From NCBI RefSeq assembly GCF_020036995.1, contig NZ_JAIQDD010000010.1:161433-225432 (forward strand): a stretch of 64,000 nucleotides of DNA, in the 5' to 3' direction. This document shows positions 51,900-61,025 of this stretch, piece by piece; within the stretch, counting starts at the first letter, position 1, and the number at the start of each line of letters is the position of its first letter. The stretch is from Corallococcus sp. AS-1-12 (lineage in GTDB: Bacteria; Myxococcota; Myxococcia; Myxococcales; Myxococcaceae). The notes below the pieces were generated by a model. The model worked only from the letters and a program-made list of their open reading frames with translations, searched no databases and was not told the origin of the DNA. The position numbers were made by a program, and so were the translations under genes.

Positions 51900-53540
51900 C
51901 TACAGGTCGATATCGTACTGCGAACAGTATTGTCGGACCCTTGGACGTTCCGTTGCCGGGACGCGGGCCCATTGCGCCCGCGCGTTCGCCAGGTCGTGCT
52001 GCTGGCAGTACACGCGCGTGAGCAGCGAGAACGACAGGCCGGTGATCTTCGTGCGCTGGCTGCGCCGGATGTGACGCAGCGCTTCCGACGTGTTGGACGC
52101 GTCCAGCGCCTTCTGTGCCGCCGCCAGGTCCTCGCGCACGCTGTCCGGCATGGACTCCGGGGTGCCGCGCGGCTTCGGCCTGGCCGTCACCGTGGACGGC
52201 TCCGCGGTGGGCTGCCGGGGCTCCTCCGGCTCCGTCGGCTGTGGCTGCTGGGGCTCCGGGTCCACGGGCGGCTTCGGATCCACCGGCTGCGCCACGACGG
52301 CGGCGGGCGGCGGGGTGACGGGCGCCGCGGGCCGGGCTTGCGGCGGGACCGGTGGATCCGCCACGACGGCGGCGGGCGGCGCCACACCCGGGCGCTTCCA
52401 GAAGAAGGCGACGGCGAACGCGATGATGACCGCCAGCCCCACGGCCACGGCCACCGGCCACTTCGGACGGGCGTGGGCCAGCGGCTGCGCGGGCAGGGAC
52501 GCCGTCTCGGGCCCGGAAGGGGCGTGGGGGCGCATGCCCACCGTGGGGATGTGCTCCTCGCGGTCCGGCGGACGCGGGGAGGACGGCGGGGCCGTGGGAG
52601 GGGTGGGGCGCGAGCGCTGCTCCGGCTTTGCCTCCGCGAGCGTCTGGAGCGGGCTGCCCGTCAGCTCCAGGATGAACGCGCCGACGTCCGGGTAGCGGTC
52701 CTCCGGCTTCTTCGCCATGGCGCGGGAGATGGCCGCCACCACGTGCGGCGGAGTCTGGGGCGCCAGCGTCAGGAGCGGTGGGGGCTCCAGGTGGACGATC
52801 TGGTAGATGAGCTCCGCGACGTTCTCGCCGGAGTAGGGCGGCCGGCCCGCGAGCATCTCGTAGACGATGCAGCCGAACGCGAAGAGGTCCGTGCGCGCGT
52901 CCACGTTGCTGTTGTGGCCCATGGCCTGCTCCGGGGCCATGTACTGCGGCGTGCCCATCAGCACGGAGTCCAGCGTCTGCACCGTGCGCGAGTCCACGAG
53001 CTTGGAGATGCCGAAGTCGAGCAGCTTCACGCGCTCGCCCACGACGCCGCCCGCCTCCGTGGGCACGAGGAACACGTTGCCCGGCTTCAGGTCGCGGTGC
53101 ACCACGCCCGCGCGGTGCGCCGCCTGCAACGCCGCGCCCATCTGCCGCGTGATGGAGAAGACCTCCTCCAGCGGCAACTGCTTCTGCTTGCGCAGCCGGC
53201 GCGACAGGCCCTCGCCGCGCAGGTACTCCATCACCATGAAGGGCGTGCCGTCCTCCAGGGTGTCGAAGTCCAGCACCTCCACGATGTTCGGGTGCCCCAG
53301 CCGCGAGGCGATCTCCGCCTCGCGCCGGAAGCGCACCGCCACCTCTTCCGACAGCGCCTCCGCGCCGTGCAGCACCTTGATGGCGACCTGCTTGCCCGGC
53401 AGGCGCAGGTGGCGCGCGAGGAACACCGCGCCCATCCCACCCTTGCCCAGCACGGTGCCAATCTCATACGTGGAGCGCAGGATCCGTCCCGTCGTCAACG
53501 GCTCGCTCTGCGCGGAGGTCGGTTCGGTTGGCTTTTGCAT
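51900..53540 (-). CDS. Serine/threonine protein kinase (Hanks-type) with one TM helix and a Pro-rich extracytoplasmic tail
   Basis: GKGGMGAVFLARH, VAIKVL, HRDLKPGNVFL, DFGISKL, GTPQYMAPE. TM WPVAVAVGLAVIIAFAVAFFW. Confidence 0.85.
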   Translation of the reverse strand: MQKPTEPTSAQSEPLTTGRILRSTYEIGTVLGKGGMGAVFLARHLRLPGKQVAIKVLHGAEALSEEVAVRFRREAEIASRLGHPNIVEVLDFDTLEDGTPFMVMEYLRGEGLSRRLRKQKQLPLEEVFSITRQMGAALQAAHRAGVVHRDLKPGNVFLVPTEAGGVVGERVKLLDFGISKLVDSRTVQTLDSVLMGTPQYMAPEQAMGHNSNVDARTDLFAFGCIVYEMLAGRPPYSGENVAELIYQIVHLEPPPLLTLAPQTPPHVVAAISRAMAKKPEDRYPDVGAFILELTGSPLQTLAEAKPEQRSRPTPPTAPPSSPRPPDREEHIPTVGMRPHAPSGPETASLPAQPLAHARPKWPVAVAVGLAVIIAFAVAFFWKRPGVAPPAAVVADPPVPPQARPAAPVTPPPAAVVAQPVDPKPPVDPEPQQPQPTEPEEPRQPTAEPSTVTARPKPRGTPESMPDSVREDLAAAQKALDASNTSEALRHIRRSQRTKITGLSFSLLTRVYCQQHDLANARAQWARVPATERPRVRQYCSQYDIDL

Positions 53541-53702
53541 CGGCGGTCCAAATTCCTACTAAACCGGGCCGAGACGATTGGAAAGCACCTGGGTCGAATC
53601 CTCCCCCACGGGTCGTCTGAGCAGGCTCGGGCTCTCAGGTTCTGAGAGCCCGAGCTGTATTTTCATCCAGAGACCGAAAAAGCGCTCCGGACGGTGCGCG
53701 GG

Positions 53703-54332
53703 CTACGGCGTGGTGGGCGGCAGCACGATGTTCGACTGGATGTCGCTCGCGGAGTTGATGTGCATCTGCACGGCCTGCCGCTCGGCGGTCGCCTCCTGCG
53801 CCAGGGCGGTGTTCTTGATCTGCGGCGACAGCAGGCTGTCCGCGAGGAAGGCGACGCGCGCGTGCGCGTTGAGCTGCGCGCTGATCAGCGCCAGATCGAG
53901 CCCGGTGCCGACGGGCGGAGCCTCCGGACTGGAGAGGATGCGCATCATCTCCTGGACCTCCGCCTGCAACTGGAGGCTCAGCGCGCTGTCCTCGGGCGTG
54001 ATGCCCTGGGCCGCGATGAGCGCGTCCAGGCGCTGCTTCACCGCGGTGTGCTCCGTCACCATCTGGTTGTTGAAGTCGCGCACGGCCTGCTCGGTGGCGA
54101 GCGGCGCGGCGTACTGGCCCAGCATCACCACGCCCTCGTTGGCCACCTGCAGGATGCGGGCGATCTGCGCGTCGTTGAGCGTCAGCACCACGCCCGCGTC
54201 GGTGCCCGAGTCCGGGGCCTGCTGCTGTGGCGCGTCCTGCGGCGTCGGCTCCTTCACTTCGCTCCCACACCCGTAGCCCAGCGCCAGCGCCCCCGCCAGC
54301 AGCGTCCCCATCCAGAATTTCGCTGTCCGCAT
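53703..54332 (-). CDS. DUF4142-family lipoprotein
   Basis: Start at the internal ATG (MRTAKFWMGTLLAGALALGYGCGS). LNDAQIARILQVANEGVVMLGQYA and ALISAQLNAHARVAFLADSLL blocks are typical of DUF4142. Confidence 0.6.
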   Translation of the reverse strand: MRTAKFWMGTLLAGALALGYGCGSEVKEPTPQDAPQQQAPDSGTDAGVVLTLNDAQIARILQVANEGVVMLGQYAAPLATEQAVRDFNNQMVTEHTAVKQRLDALIAAQGITPEDSALSLQLQAEVQEMMRILSSPEAPPVGTGLDLALISAQLNAHARVAFLADSLLSPQIKNTALAQEATAERQAVQMHINSASDIQSNIVLPPTTP

Positions 54333-54623
54333 GTCCAACCCCCGTGAATGTCGCTGGGGCAGGATGGGGAGGCCCTCCAGCCATGGCCATGCGCGCTTCA
54401 GCCGTTGCCAGTGTGCCCGTGAGCACGGACCGGGCAGGCAGGCCGTCAGGCGCGACCCGCCGGCCAGACCCACCAGGATGTTTCACGGGCATGTTTCAGC
54501 CCGCGTCATGACGGAGCAGGTTGGATCCAGAGCGGCGAGCAGGCAGTTCTCAGACATTGGAAAACGCGTCGCACGTCGCGCAACGTTGACAGTGAAACAC
54601 CGGATGGTGTCTCGTGTTTCCAG

Positions 54624-55706
54624 ATGGACGGTTCACGGCGCGTCACTGTTCTCTCCTTGCACCGGGGTTCCGCGAGCATCGTCCGCGCCCTGGTGCCCCA
54701 CTTCGATCTGCCGCCGGCGGAGCTCGCCGCGAGGCTGTTCCGCGCCCCCGCGGTGCTGGCGTCGGGCCTGCCGGAGGACCTCGCCCGGGGCCTGTCGGAG
54801 GTGCTGGGCAACGCGGGCCTGCGCGTGGTCGTGGAGCCGGATGACGCGCCCCTTCCTCCTCCCGCCGGGCAGACCTACGACGTGGCGCTGTACGTGCGTG
54901 ACGGCGGGCGCTTCCGCGAGGTCTGCGCGGAGCTGGCGGCCGTCCTGGGCTGTCCCCTGGCGGACGCCGCCTCGGCGCTCTGCGCCACGCCGCCCACGGT
55001 GGTCGGCTCCGTGTCCCAGGCCACGGTGGACGCGCTCCGGGAGCGCTTCGCCGCGCTGGGCGCGGAGGTGGACGCCAGCCATCCGCCCACCGCCCGCTAT
55101 GACGTCTTCGCCACGGAAACGGTCAGCCTCGCGACGGTCCGCTCGGTGCTGGAGGCGCAGGGCGTGACGCCGGGCGAGCCGCCGCTGGTGGCCCGGGACC
55201 TCTCGCACGAGCAGGCGGAGCGCGTGTGGCGGGAGCTGGGAGCGCGGGGTGGGGTGCGGTTGTTGGATCACGCCTTCCAGCGCTTCGACGTCAGCCTCCT
55301 GGAGGCCCCCGCCGACGCCGGCTTCCCGGAGCTGCTGGTGCGGGAGACGGGCATGCCCCCGGCGCTGGTGCCGAAGGTGCTCAAGCGGCTGCCGGTGGTG
55401 CTGCACACGGGGCTGTCGCGCGCGGACGTGGTGGCGCGCACCGCGCCCCTGGAGGCCGCGGGCGCGAAGCTGGCCGTGCAGCTCATCAACTTCCGCAGCT
55501 TCCGCCTGACGGTGGAGGACTCGAAGGACCCCGCCGTGGCCGCGGAGCTGCTGTCTTCGGGGCTGGGGCTGCAAGCCAACGAGGCGCGCACCGCGCTCTC
55601 CCGGCTGCCGCATACCTTCCAGGCCACGGTGGGGGACACGCGCGCGCGCTGGCTCGTCGCGGAGCTGCGCGCGCGGGGCACGCGGACGTCGCTGGTGTCC
55701 CAGTGA
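54624..55706 (+). CDS. Repeat protein made of ~5 modules resembling the ribosomal L7/L12 C-terminal domain; first gene of the long plus-strand operon
   Basis: Modules such as LADAASALCATPPTVVGSVSQATVDALRERFAALGAEVDAS and LHTGLSRADVVARTAPLEAAGAKLAVQLINF. These echo L7/L12-CTD (…[34 protein letters not shown]). 360 aa. Confidence 0.45.
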   Translation: MDGSRRVTVLSLHRGSASIVRALVPHFDLPPAELAARLFRAPAVLASGLPEDLARGLSEVLGNAGLRVVVEPDDAPLPPPAGQTYDVALYVRDGGRFREVCAELAAVLGCPLADAASALCATPPTVVGSVSQATVDALRERFAALGAEVDASHPPTARYDVFATETVSLATVRSVLEAQGVTPGEPPLVARDLSHEQAERVWRELGARGGVRLLDHAFQRFDVSLLEAPADAGFPELLVRETGMPPALVPKVLKRLPVVLHTGLSRADVVARTAPLEAAGAKLAVQLINFRSFRLTVEDSKDPAVAAELLSSGLGLQANEARTALSRLPHTFQATVGDTRARWLVAELRARGTRTSLVSQ

Positions 55707-56251
55707 GCTCGCTCGCGCTGCACTTCCGCGTGGCGGAGCAGGGCAAGGTGTTCGCGCTGGCTGGCCGGCATGACGAGGCGCTGCGCCACTACCGGGAGGC
55801 GCTGCGGCTGGCCGCGCTCCAGGGCGGCTCCGACGTCTGCCAGCGCCACTATGCGTGGTGCGTGCTCGAGTCGCTGGAGCGCTCGGGGGCCCACGAGGCC
55901 GTCATCTCCTTCTGCCTGCGCGTGGAGGCCCACTACCAGCAGCAGCCTCCCACGAGCGACCTGGCCCGTCAGGACCTGGCCGCGCACCACGAGCGGCACG
56001 GCCTGGCGCTGGCGAAGCTGGGGCGCCTGGCCGAGGCGCGCACGCGGCTGGAGTCCGCGGTGGCGCTGGCCGGGGCCGGGCGGCTCCCGCTGTCGGAGCG
56101 GGTGCTGGGCTGGGCGCGCACCGGACTGCACGTGGACGCGCGCCGCATCACGCTGGAGCAGGACCGTCACGCCTACTGGGTCGTCCGTCCCGACACCGTT
56201 CGTCCCGACATCGCCGTCGCACTTCCTCCCGTCGCCGCACCCTTGGGGTAG
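55703..56251 (+). CDS. Hypothetical TPR-like helical protein
   Basis: GTG start overlapping the upstream stop (GTGA). ALRHYREALRLAALQGG... 182 aa. Confidence 0.4.
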   Translation: MSSLALHFRVAEQGKVFALAGRHDEALRHYREALRLAALQGGSDVCQRHYAWCVLESLERSGAHEAVISFCLRVEAHYQQQPPTSDLARQDLAAHHERHGLALAKLGRLAEARTRLESAVALAGAGRLPLSERVLGWARTGLHVDARRITLEQDRHAYWVVRPDTVRPDIAVALPPVAAPLG

Positions 56252-56254
56252 ACC

Positions 56255-58351
56255 ATGCCGAAAGCAGGGAAGATCCTCGCGGATCTCAACATCTCCGACT
56301 TCATCCGGGACATGGGGCTCGCCATCGCCGAGGCCCAGACCAAGCTGGACACCAACAGCGTGGATCAGACGCTGCGCATGGGGCAGACCGTCCTGCCGGG
56401 CATGACGCAGAACCTGCTGGCCCTGGGGTTGCGGCCGGCCTTCTACCACTTCCAGTACGCCGACCTGGAGGTGAACCTCAACGTCTACTACTCGACCACC
56501 ATCGACGTGGGCGCCAACTTCAACTACGACAACGAGAACGAGTCGAGTGAGTACAGCCTCGAGACGTCCTCCGCCAGCGGCAGCGCCACCCTCACGGTGC
56601 AGGACGGCGAGGGCATTCCCCCCTACGCCTGTCTGGCGTTGGTGGCCAACGCGCCGGGCCACCTCACGGTGGGCACCACCAGCTACGCGCTGGACGGCGG
56701 CGTGGGCCCCAACAGCAGCGGCCTGCCCGTCACGCGCCAGGACACGCTGTGGGAGACGGCGCAGGAGCTGCTCGTGGCCCTGCGCAACAACTCCGTCTGG
56801 ACCAACCAGGCCGCGGGGGACCTGCAGGGCGTCTTCATGGACTGGGAGATGCAGTCGGGCGTCACCGCCAGCACCAACCGCCCGGACCTCTACGCCATCA
56901 ACCGCTCGGTCATCACCGTGCGGACCTCGCCGCAGGCGGCGCCCGGCGACAACCTGGTCATCGCGCGGCTGGGCAGCGTGACGCCCGCGCCCGCGCTGCT
57001 GCTGCCGGCCACCAACGGCACGCGCTACACCAGCACCGCGGCGACGGTGGGCGCGGCGCTGGCGGACATCGGGCAGCAGGTGGACCCGGCCGCCTTCTTC
57101 GTCGTCTCCGGCGCTGACTGCAACCGGGCCATCTACTTCGACACCGACGTCCACGACGTGCCCACCACCACCTACGGCACGGACCGCGAGCCCTCCGCCA
57201 TCCTCGACGCGGTGGCGGCGCTGCTGGCGGAGCACCCGTCCGCCTCGCTGGACCTGGAGGGCTGGGCGGATCAGCGCACGCCGCCGGCCCCCGGCTACAA
57301 CCAGCGCCTGTCGCAGCGGCGCGCGGACTTCGTCCTGCGGGCGCTGACGTCGCGGGGCGTGGCGGCCAGCAGGCTCAAGGCCCGGGGCATGGGCGCGACG
57401 GTCAGCTTCAGCAGCTCCGACCTGGCGGCCAACCGGCGCGTCGTCTTCCAGTTCTCCGGCGTGCCCGCGTCGCTGGTGGCCCGCACCGGCGCGGCCACGG
57501 CCGCCTTCGACCCCACGGGGACGGACCGGGAGGCCCGCATCGTGCCGCGCACTCGCGCCGCGGCGAACGCGCCCACCACGGCCGTCGTCACCTTCCGCGG
57601 CACGGACTTCACCCAGGGCACCGCCTCCCAGGGCACCACCTTCGCGGTGGGCGCCACCGCGGAGTCCACCGCCGCCAACCTGGCCCGCGCCATCCGCGAC
57701 GCCAACGCCAACACCGCCTTCGGCGCCTTCGCGCGCGGGGACCGCGTCTACCTGTACGGCACCGGTGACCACGCCCTGTTCACCCTGTTCGCGCGCACGC
57801 CCACCGCGCCGGCCCTGTCCGCGGCGGGCTCCATCCGCGTGGCCCGCCGCTTCGGTGACGGCCGCCCGCCGGCCTCGCCCCAGCCGCGCGACACCGTCGT
57901 CATCGACAACGTGCAGTTGGTGGCCGTGGAGGCAGGCGTCGCCCCGCAGCCGGGGCAGTTCACGCTGGGGGTGACGGCCGCGGACACGGCGCGCAACCTG
58001 GCCGCCGCCATCACGGCGGGCTCCAGCTCCGGCGTGCTGGCCGCGGGCCTCCAGGCCCAGTCCGCGGGCAACATCGTCACCGTCTCCGGCCCCTCCGGCA
58101 CCATGCTGGGCACCAGCAACCCCGCCGCCTTCCTGCTGTCGGCCAACCGCATCGCCGGCAAGCCGTCCGCGGACCGCGAGGAGAGCTCCGAGCGCGAGCT
58201 GCGCGCCCTCAACGTGGATGCGCACGCTTCGGTGAAGTACGAGATGAGCGTGTCCGGCAGCTCGACCATCAAGGCCCGCCTGGTGGCGGTGCCCGCGCCG
58301 CCCCAGTTCCTCCAGGCCATCGGCGACTACCTCGAACGCTGGTACCCGTAA
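56255..58351 (+). CDS. Member 1 of an unrecognised paralogous family, split by a ~540-aa insertion containing an OmpA-like peptidoglycan-binding domain
   Basis: N-terminal family half (ILADLNISDFIRDMGLAIAEAQTKLD...RPAFYHFQYADLEVNLNVYY). Insertion carries LDLEGWADQRTPPAPGYNQRLSQRRADFVLRALTSRGVAASRLKARGMGA (OmpA_C-like). C-terminal family half (SVKYEMSVSGSSTIKARLVAVPAPPQF). Confidence 0.55.
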   Translation: MPKAGKILADLNISDFIRDMGLAIAEAQTKLDTNSVDQTLRMGQTVLPGMTQNLLALGLRPAFYHFQYADLEVNLNVYYSTTIDVGANFNYDNENESSEYSLETSSASGSATLTVQDGEGIPPYACLALVANAPGHLTVGTTSYALDGGVGPNSSGLPVTRQDTLWETAQELLVALRNNSVWTNQAAGDLQGVFMDWEMQSGVTASTNRPDLYAINRSVITVRTSPQAAPGDNLVIARLGSVTPAPALLLPATNGTRYTSTAATVGAALADIGQQVDPAAFFVVSGADCNRAIYFDTDVHDVPTTTYGTDREPSAILDAVAALLAEHPSASLDLEGWADQRTPPAPGYNQRLSQRRADFVLRALTSRGVAASRLKARGMGATVSFSSSDLAANRRVVFQFSGVPASLVARTGAATAAFDPTGTDREARIVPRTRAAANAPTTAVVTFRGTDFTQGTASQGTTFAVGATAESTAANLARAIRDANANTAFGAFARGDRVYLYGTGDHALFTLFARTPTAPALSAAGSIRVARRFGDGRPPASPQPRDTVVIDNVQLVAVEAGVAPQPGQFTLGVTAADTARNLAAAITAGSSSGVLAAGLQAQSAGNIVTVSGPSGTMLGTSNPAAFLLSANRIAGKPSADREESSERELRALNVDAHASVKYEMSVSGSSTIKARLVAVPAPPQFLQAIGDYLERWYP

Positions 58352-58360
58352 GGAGTCCCC

Positions 58361-58864
58361 ATGCCCGGAAACAACACCACGCAGGGCCAGCGCGCGATGA
58401 TGACGGTGCTGGACGCGCCGCTGCCCGAGCTCATCGAGCGGCTCGGGCGCGCGGTGGCGGACGCGCAGCACGCGCTGGACGTCAACTCGCTCGACATCGC
58501 CAAGCGCATGTCCGAGCGCACCGTGGACCTGGGCGACGGGCAGTTGTGGAGCCTGCTCGCGCTCGGCTTCACGCCCACGTTCTACGCCTTCGCCGAGGCC
58601 ACGCTCGAGGCGAAGCTCACCTTCACCATCCGCGAGTCCACGGAGTTCTCCGTGGGCGGCGGCGCGACGGGCGGCATGGCCGGCATCTTCTCCGTGACGG
58701 TCAACGCCGAGTACAGCCGCAAGTACGGCTTCGAGGTGCAGGGCGCCAGCTCCATCGCCGCGCGGCTGGTGTCGCTGCCTCCGCCCGCGCGCCTGCACCA
58801 GTTGCTCAACGAGATCGCCGCCCAGCCGCCGCTCCCCGCGGCCTCCACCAATACCTCCGCCTGA
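58361..58864 (+). CDS. Family member 2 (167 aa)
   Basis: RBS AGGAG. LIERLGRAVADAQHALD...FTPTFYAFAEATLEAKLTF...YSRKYGFEVQGASSIAARLVSLPPP. Confidence 0.55.
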   Translation: MPGNNTTQGQRAMMTVLDAPLPELIERLGRAVADAQHALDVNSLDIAKRMSERTVDLGDGQLWSLLALGFTPTFYAFAEATLEAKLTFTIRESTEFSVGGGATGGMAGIFSVTVNAEYSRKYGFEVQGASSIAARLVSLPPPARLHQLLNEIAAQPPLPAASTNTSA

Positions 58865-58886
58865 AGCGCGCAAGGACCCAGACACC

Positions 58887-59459
58887 ATGCCCAACGTCGG
58901 TCAGGAACTGCTGAACGTCCCCATGGGGGACATGATTCGTGAGATGGCGACCGCCATCGCGGAGGCGCAGCTCGAGCTGGACAAGAGCGGGATGCTCGTC
59001 GCGGAGATGATGAGCGGCGAGGCGCTGCTGCGGGACGCCGACGGGAACATCCAGCTCGACGGCTCCGGCAAGCCCATCCGGGTGGACACCAAGGTGTCCT
59101 TCGCGGGCACGCCCTCGTCCATGATGGAGCTGGGCTTCGCGCCCAACTTCTACCAGTTCGTGGACACCATCATCGAGGTGAAGATCGCCATCAAGATGAC
59201 GGAGAGCACGGAGAGCAAGGTGGCGACGCAGAGCACCTCGCGGACGGCCGGCGGGCTGCGCCTCTTCAAGCGCGGCGGCGCGCCCCAGGCCGTGGTGACG
59301 ACCGTGGACGCCAGCTACACGCGCAAGTACGACTACAGCGTGGAGGGCTCCAGCCTGCTGCGCACCAAGCTGGTGCCGGTGCCTCCGCCGGCCCTCTTCG
59401 AGGAGCGGGTGCGCGCGCTCATCGCGTCCAGGGCCGGCACCACGCCCACCACGAAGTAG
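58887..59459 (+). CDS. Family member 3 (190 aa)
   Basis: MIREMATAIAEAQLELD...FAPNFYQFVDTIIEVKIAIKM...YTRKYDYSVEGSSLLRTKLVPVPPP. Confidence 0.55.
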   Translation: MPNVGQELLNVPMGDMIREMATAIAEAQLELDKSGMLVAEMMSGEALLRDADGNIQLDGSGKPIRVDTKVSFAGTPSSMMELGFAPNFYQFVDTIIEVKIAIKMTESTESKVATQSTSRTAGGLRLFKRGGAPQAVVTTVDASYTRKYDYSVEGSSLLRTKLVPVPPPALFEERVRALIASRAGTTPTTK

Positions 59460-59477
59460 CCCGGGAGAGCGCGCACC

Positions 59478-60068
59478 ATGCCTACCAACTCCATTGGTCA
59501 GGATCTGCTCAACGTCCCCTTCGGGGAGATGGTCCGCAACCTGGGCAACGCCATCGCGGATGCCCAGTACGCCCTGGACAGCTCCTCGCTGAAGATCGCC
59601 CAGCTCATGGCGGGCTACCGCATCGACGACAGCGGCAACGCCGTGCGGGACGGGGCCGGCTTCGTGAAGCTGGGCACCACCGAGTACCCGCTGCTCCTGC
59701 TCGGCTTCACGCCCACGTTCTACCAGTTCGTGGAGACCATCATCGAAGTGAAGATGGAGATCTCCATGCACGAGTCCACCGATGACTCGACCCAGACGCG
59801 CGACCGCAAGGTGGACCGCGACAAGGGCATCCTCACCACGCTGGTGAAGGGCCACAAGAGCCACGTCACCACCGTCACGGCCAAGCACTCGCAGAAGTAC
59901 AGCTATTCCGCCGAGGGCTCGAGCCTCATCCGCACCAAGCTGGTGCCCATTCCCCCTCCGGCGGCGCTCCAGCAGATCTGCGCGGAGATCGCCAAGGGCC
60001 TCAAGGGCACCGCGGAGGGCGAGGCCGTCAGCGGGAAGATCGACACCGCCGTGGGCAACGTCACCTGA
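59478..60068 (+). CDS. Family member 4 (196 aa)
   Basis: MVRNLGNAIADAQYALD...FTPTFYQFVETIIEVKMEISM...HSQKYSYSAEGSSLIRTKLVPIPPP. Confidence 0.55.
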   Translation: MPTNSIGQDLLNVPFGEMVRNLGNAIADAQYALDSSSLKIAQLMAGYRIDDSGNAVRDGAGFVKLGTTEYPLLLLGFTPTFYQFVETIIEVKMEISMHESTDDSTQTRDRKVDRDKGILTTLVKGHKSHVTTVTAKHSQKYSYSAEGSSLIRTKLVPIPPPAALQQICAEIAKGLKGTAEGEAVSGKIDTAVGNVT

Positions 60069-60086
60069 CGCCAAGGGGCGCCGCGC

Positions 60087-61025
60087 ATGTCACACGTCCG
60101 TTGGGAAGACCTGCTGGAGGAGGACGCCGCCGGGGCCTCCGACGCCGCTGGCGCGTCCGCTCCTGCTCCGGGAGCGGACACGCCCGTGCCGTCGCTGGAG
60201 CAGGTGGCCGCCAGCGACCCGGAGCTGGCGGCGCTGCTGAAGGAGCGCCGGCAGCTCGAAGACACGATGAAGGCGCTGAGCGGCGTGCAGGAGGCGCCCG
60301 TGGACGAGCGGCTGGCGAAGCAGTTCCCCGTCGTCCAGCACACGCCGGAGTCGCGCATCGCGGAGCGCAAGCAGCACGAGCGGGACACCGCGCGGCGGCT
60401 GCTGGAGCAGAAGCTGTACGCCCGGCGCCGGACGGAGGCGGAGGAGGCCGAGCGGGTGGAGGAGCTGCGCCGCGAGCGCCTGCAGGCGGGGAAGGCGGCC
60501 CGGCGTCAGGCGCAGAAGCAGCAGACGCTGCGCCAGCAGTGGGCGCGCAAGGCGCGTGAGCGCGCGAAGCTGGCCACGCGGCTGGCGGAGCGCGCCCTGG
60601 AGTCCCAGGGCCGGGGCCGCATGAAGCTGGGGGAGCTGGGGTCCGCGACCCGGCGGTTGGCGGACGCGGCGGAGGAGGCGCGCTCGGTGGCGCGCAGGCC
60701 CCTCGCGCTGGAGAAGGGCCAGACGCTGCCCTCGCTCGGGCAGGTGGGACGGGCCCTGGGGGGGCGCGGCGGGCTCACGATAGGGAAGGTGGAGAAGGGG
60801 GTGGCGGTGGCGCGCGAGCTTCGGGGGATGGATCCCCGCTCGCTGGACACCGAGGCCCTGATGATGCGCGGACTGGCGATGGCCGGCATGGACATGGAGT
60901 CCATGGAGCAGCAGATGGACATGGAGATGGAGCGCGCCGGCATGGGCATGGACGACATGGACGCGCGCGACACGGCACGTGACGCGCGGCGGGAACGCGG
61001 GCGCCAGGGAGCGCGGGATGAGTGA
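60087..61025 (+). CDS. Highly charged coiled-coil protein with Met-rich C-terminal tail
   Basis: ERRQLEDTMKAL...RRRTEAEEAERVEELRRERLQAGKAARRQAQKQQTLRQQWARKARERAKLATRLAERAL. C-terminus MMRGLAMAGMDMESMEQQMDMEMERAGMGMDDMD. No TM helix or signal peptide. Confidence 0.45.
   Translation: MSHVRWEDLLEEDAAGASDAAGASAPAPGADTPVPSLEQVAASDPELAALLKERRQLEDTMKALSGVQEAPVDERLAKQFPVVQHTPESRIAERKQHERDTARRLLEQKLYARRRTEAEEAERVEELRRERLQAGKAARRQAQKQQTLRQQWARKARERAKLATRLAERALESQGRGRMKLGELGSATRRLADAAEEARSVARRPLALEKGQTLPSLGQVGRALGGRGGLTIGKVEKGVAVARELRGMDPRSLDTEALMMRGLAMAGMDMESMEQQMDMEMERAGMGMDDMDARDTARDARRERGRQGARDE

Noticed and set aside
55268-58894. 1208-aa minus-strand ORF across the novel operon
   Set aside because: Antisense shadow. 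The plus-strand genes have RBSs, coupled starts and internally consistent paralogy.
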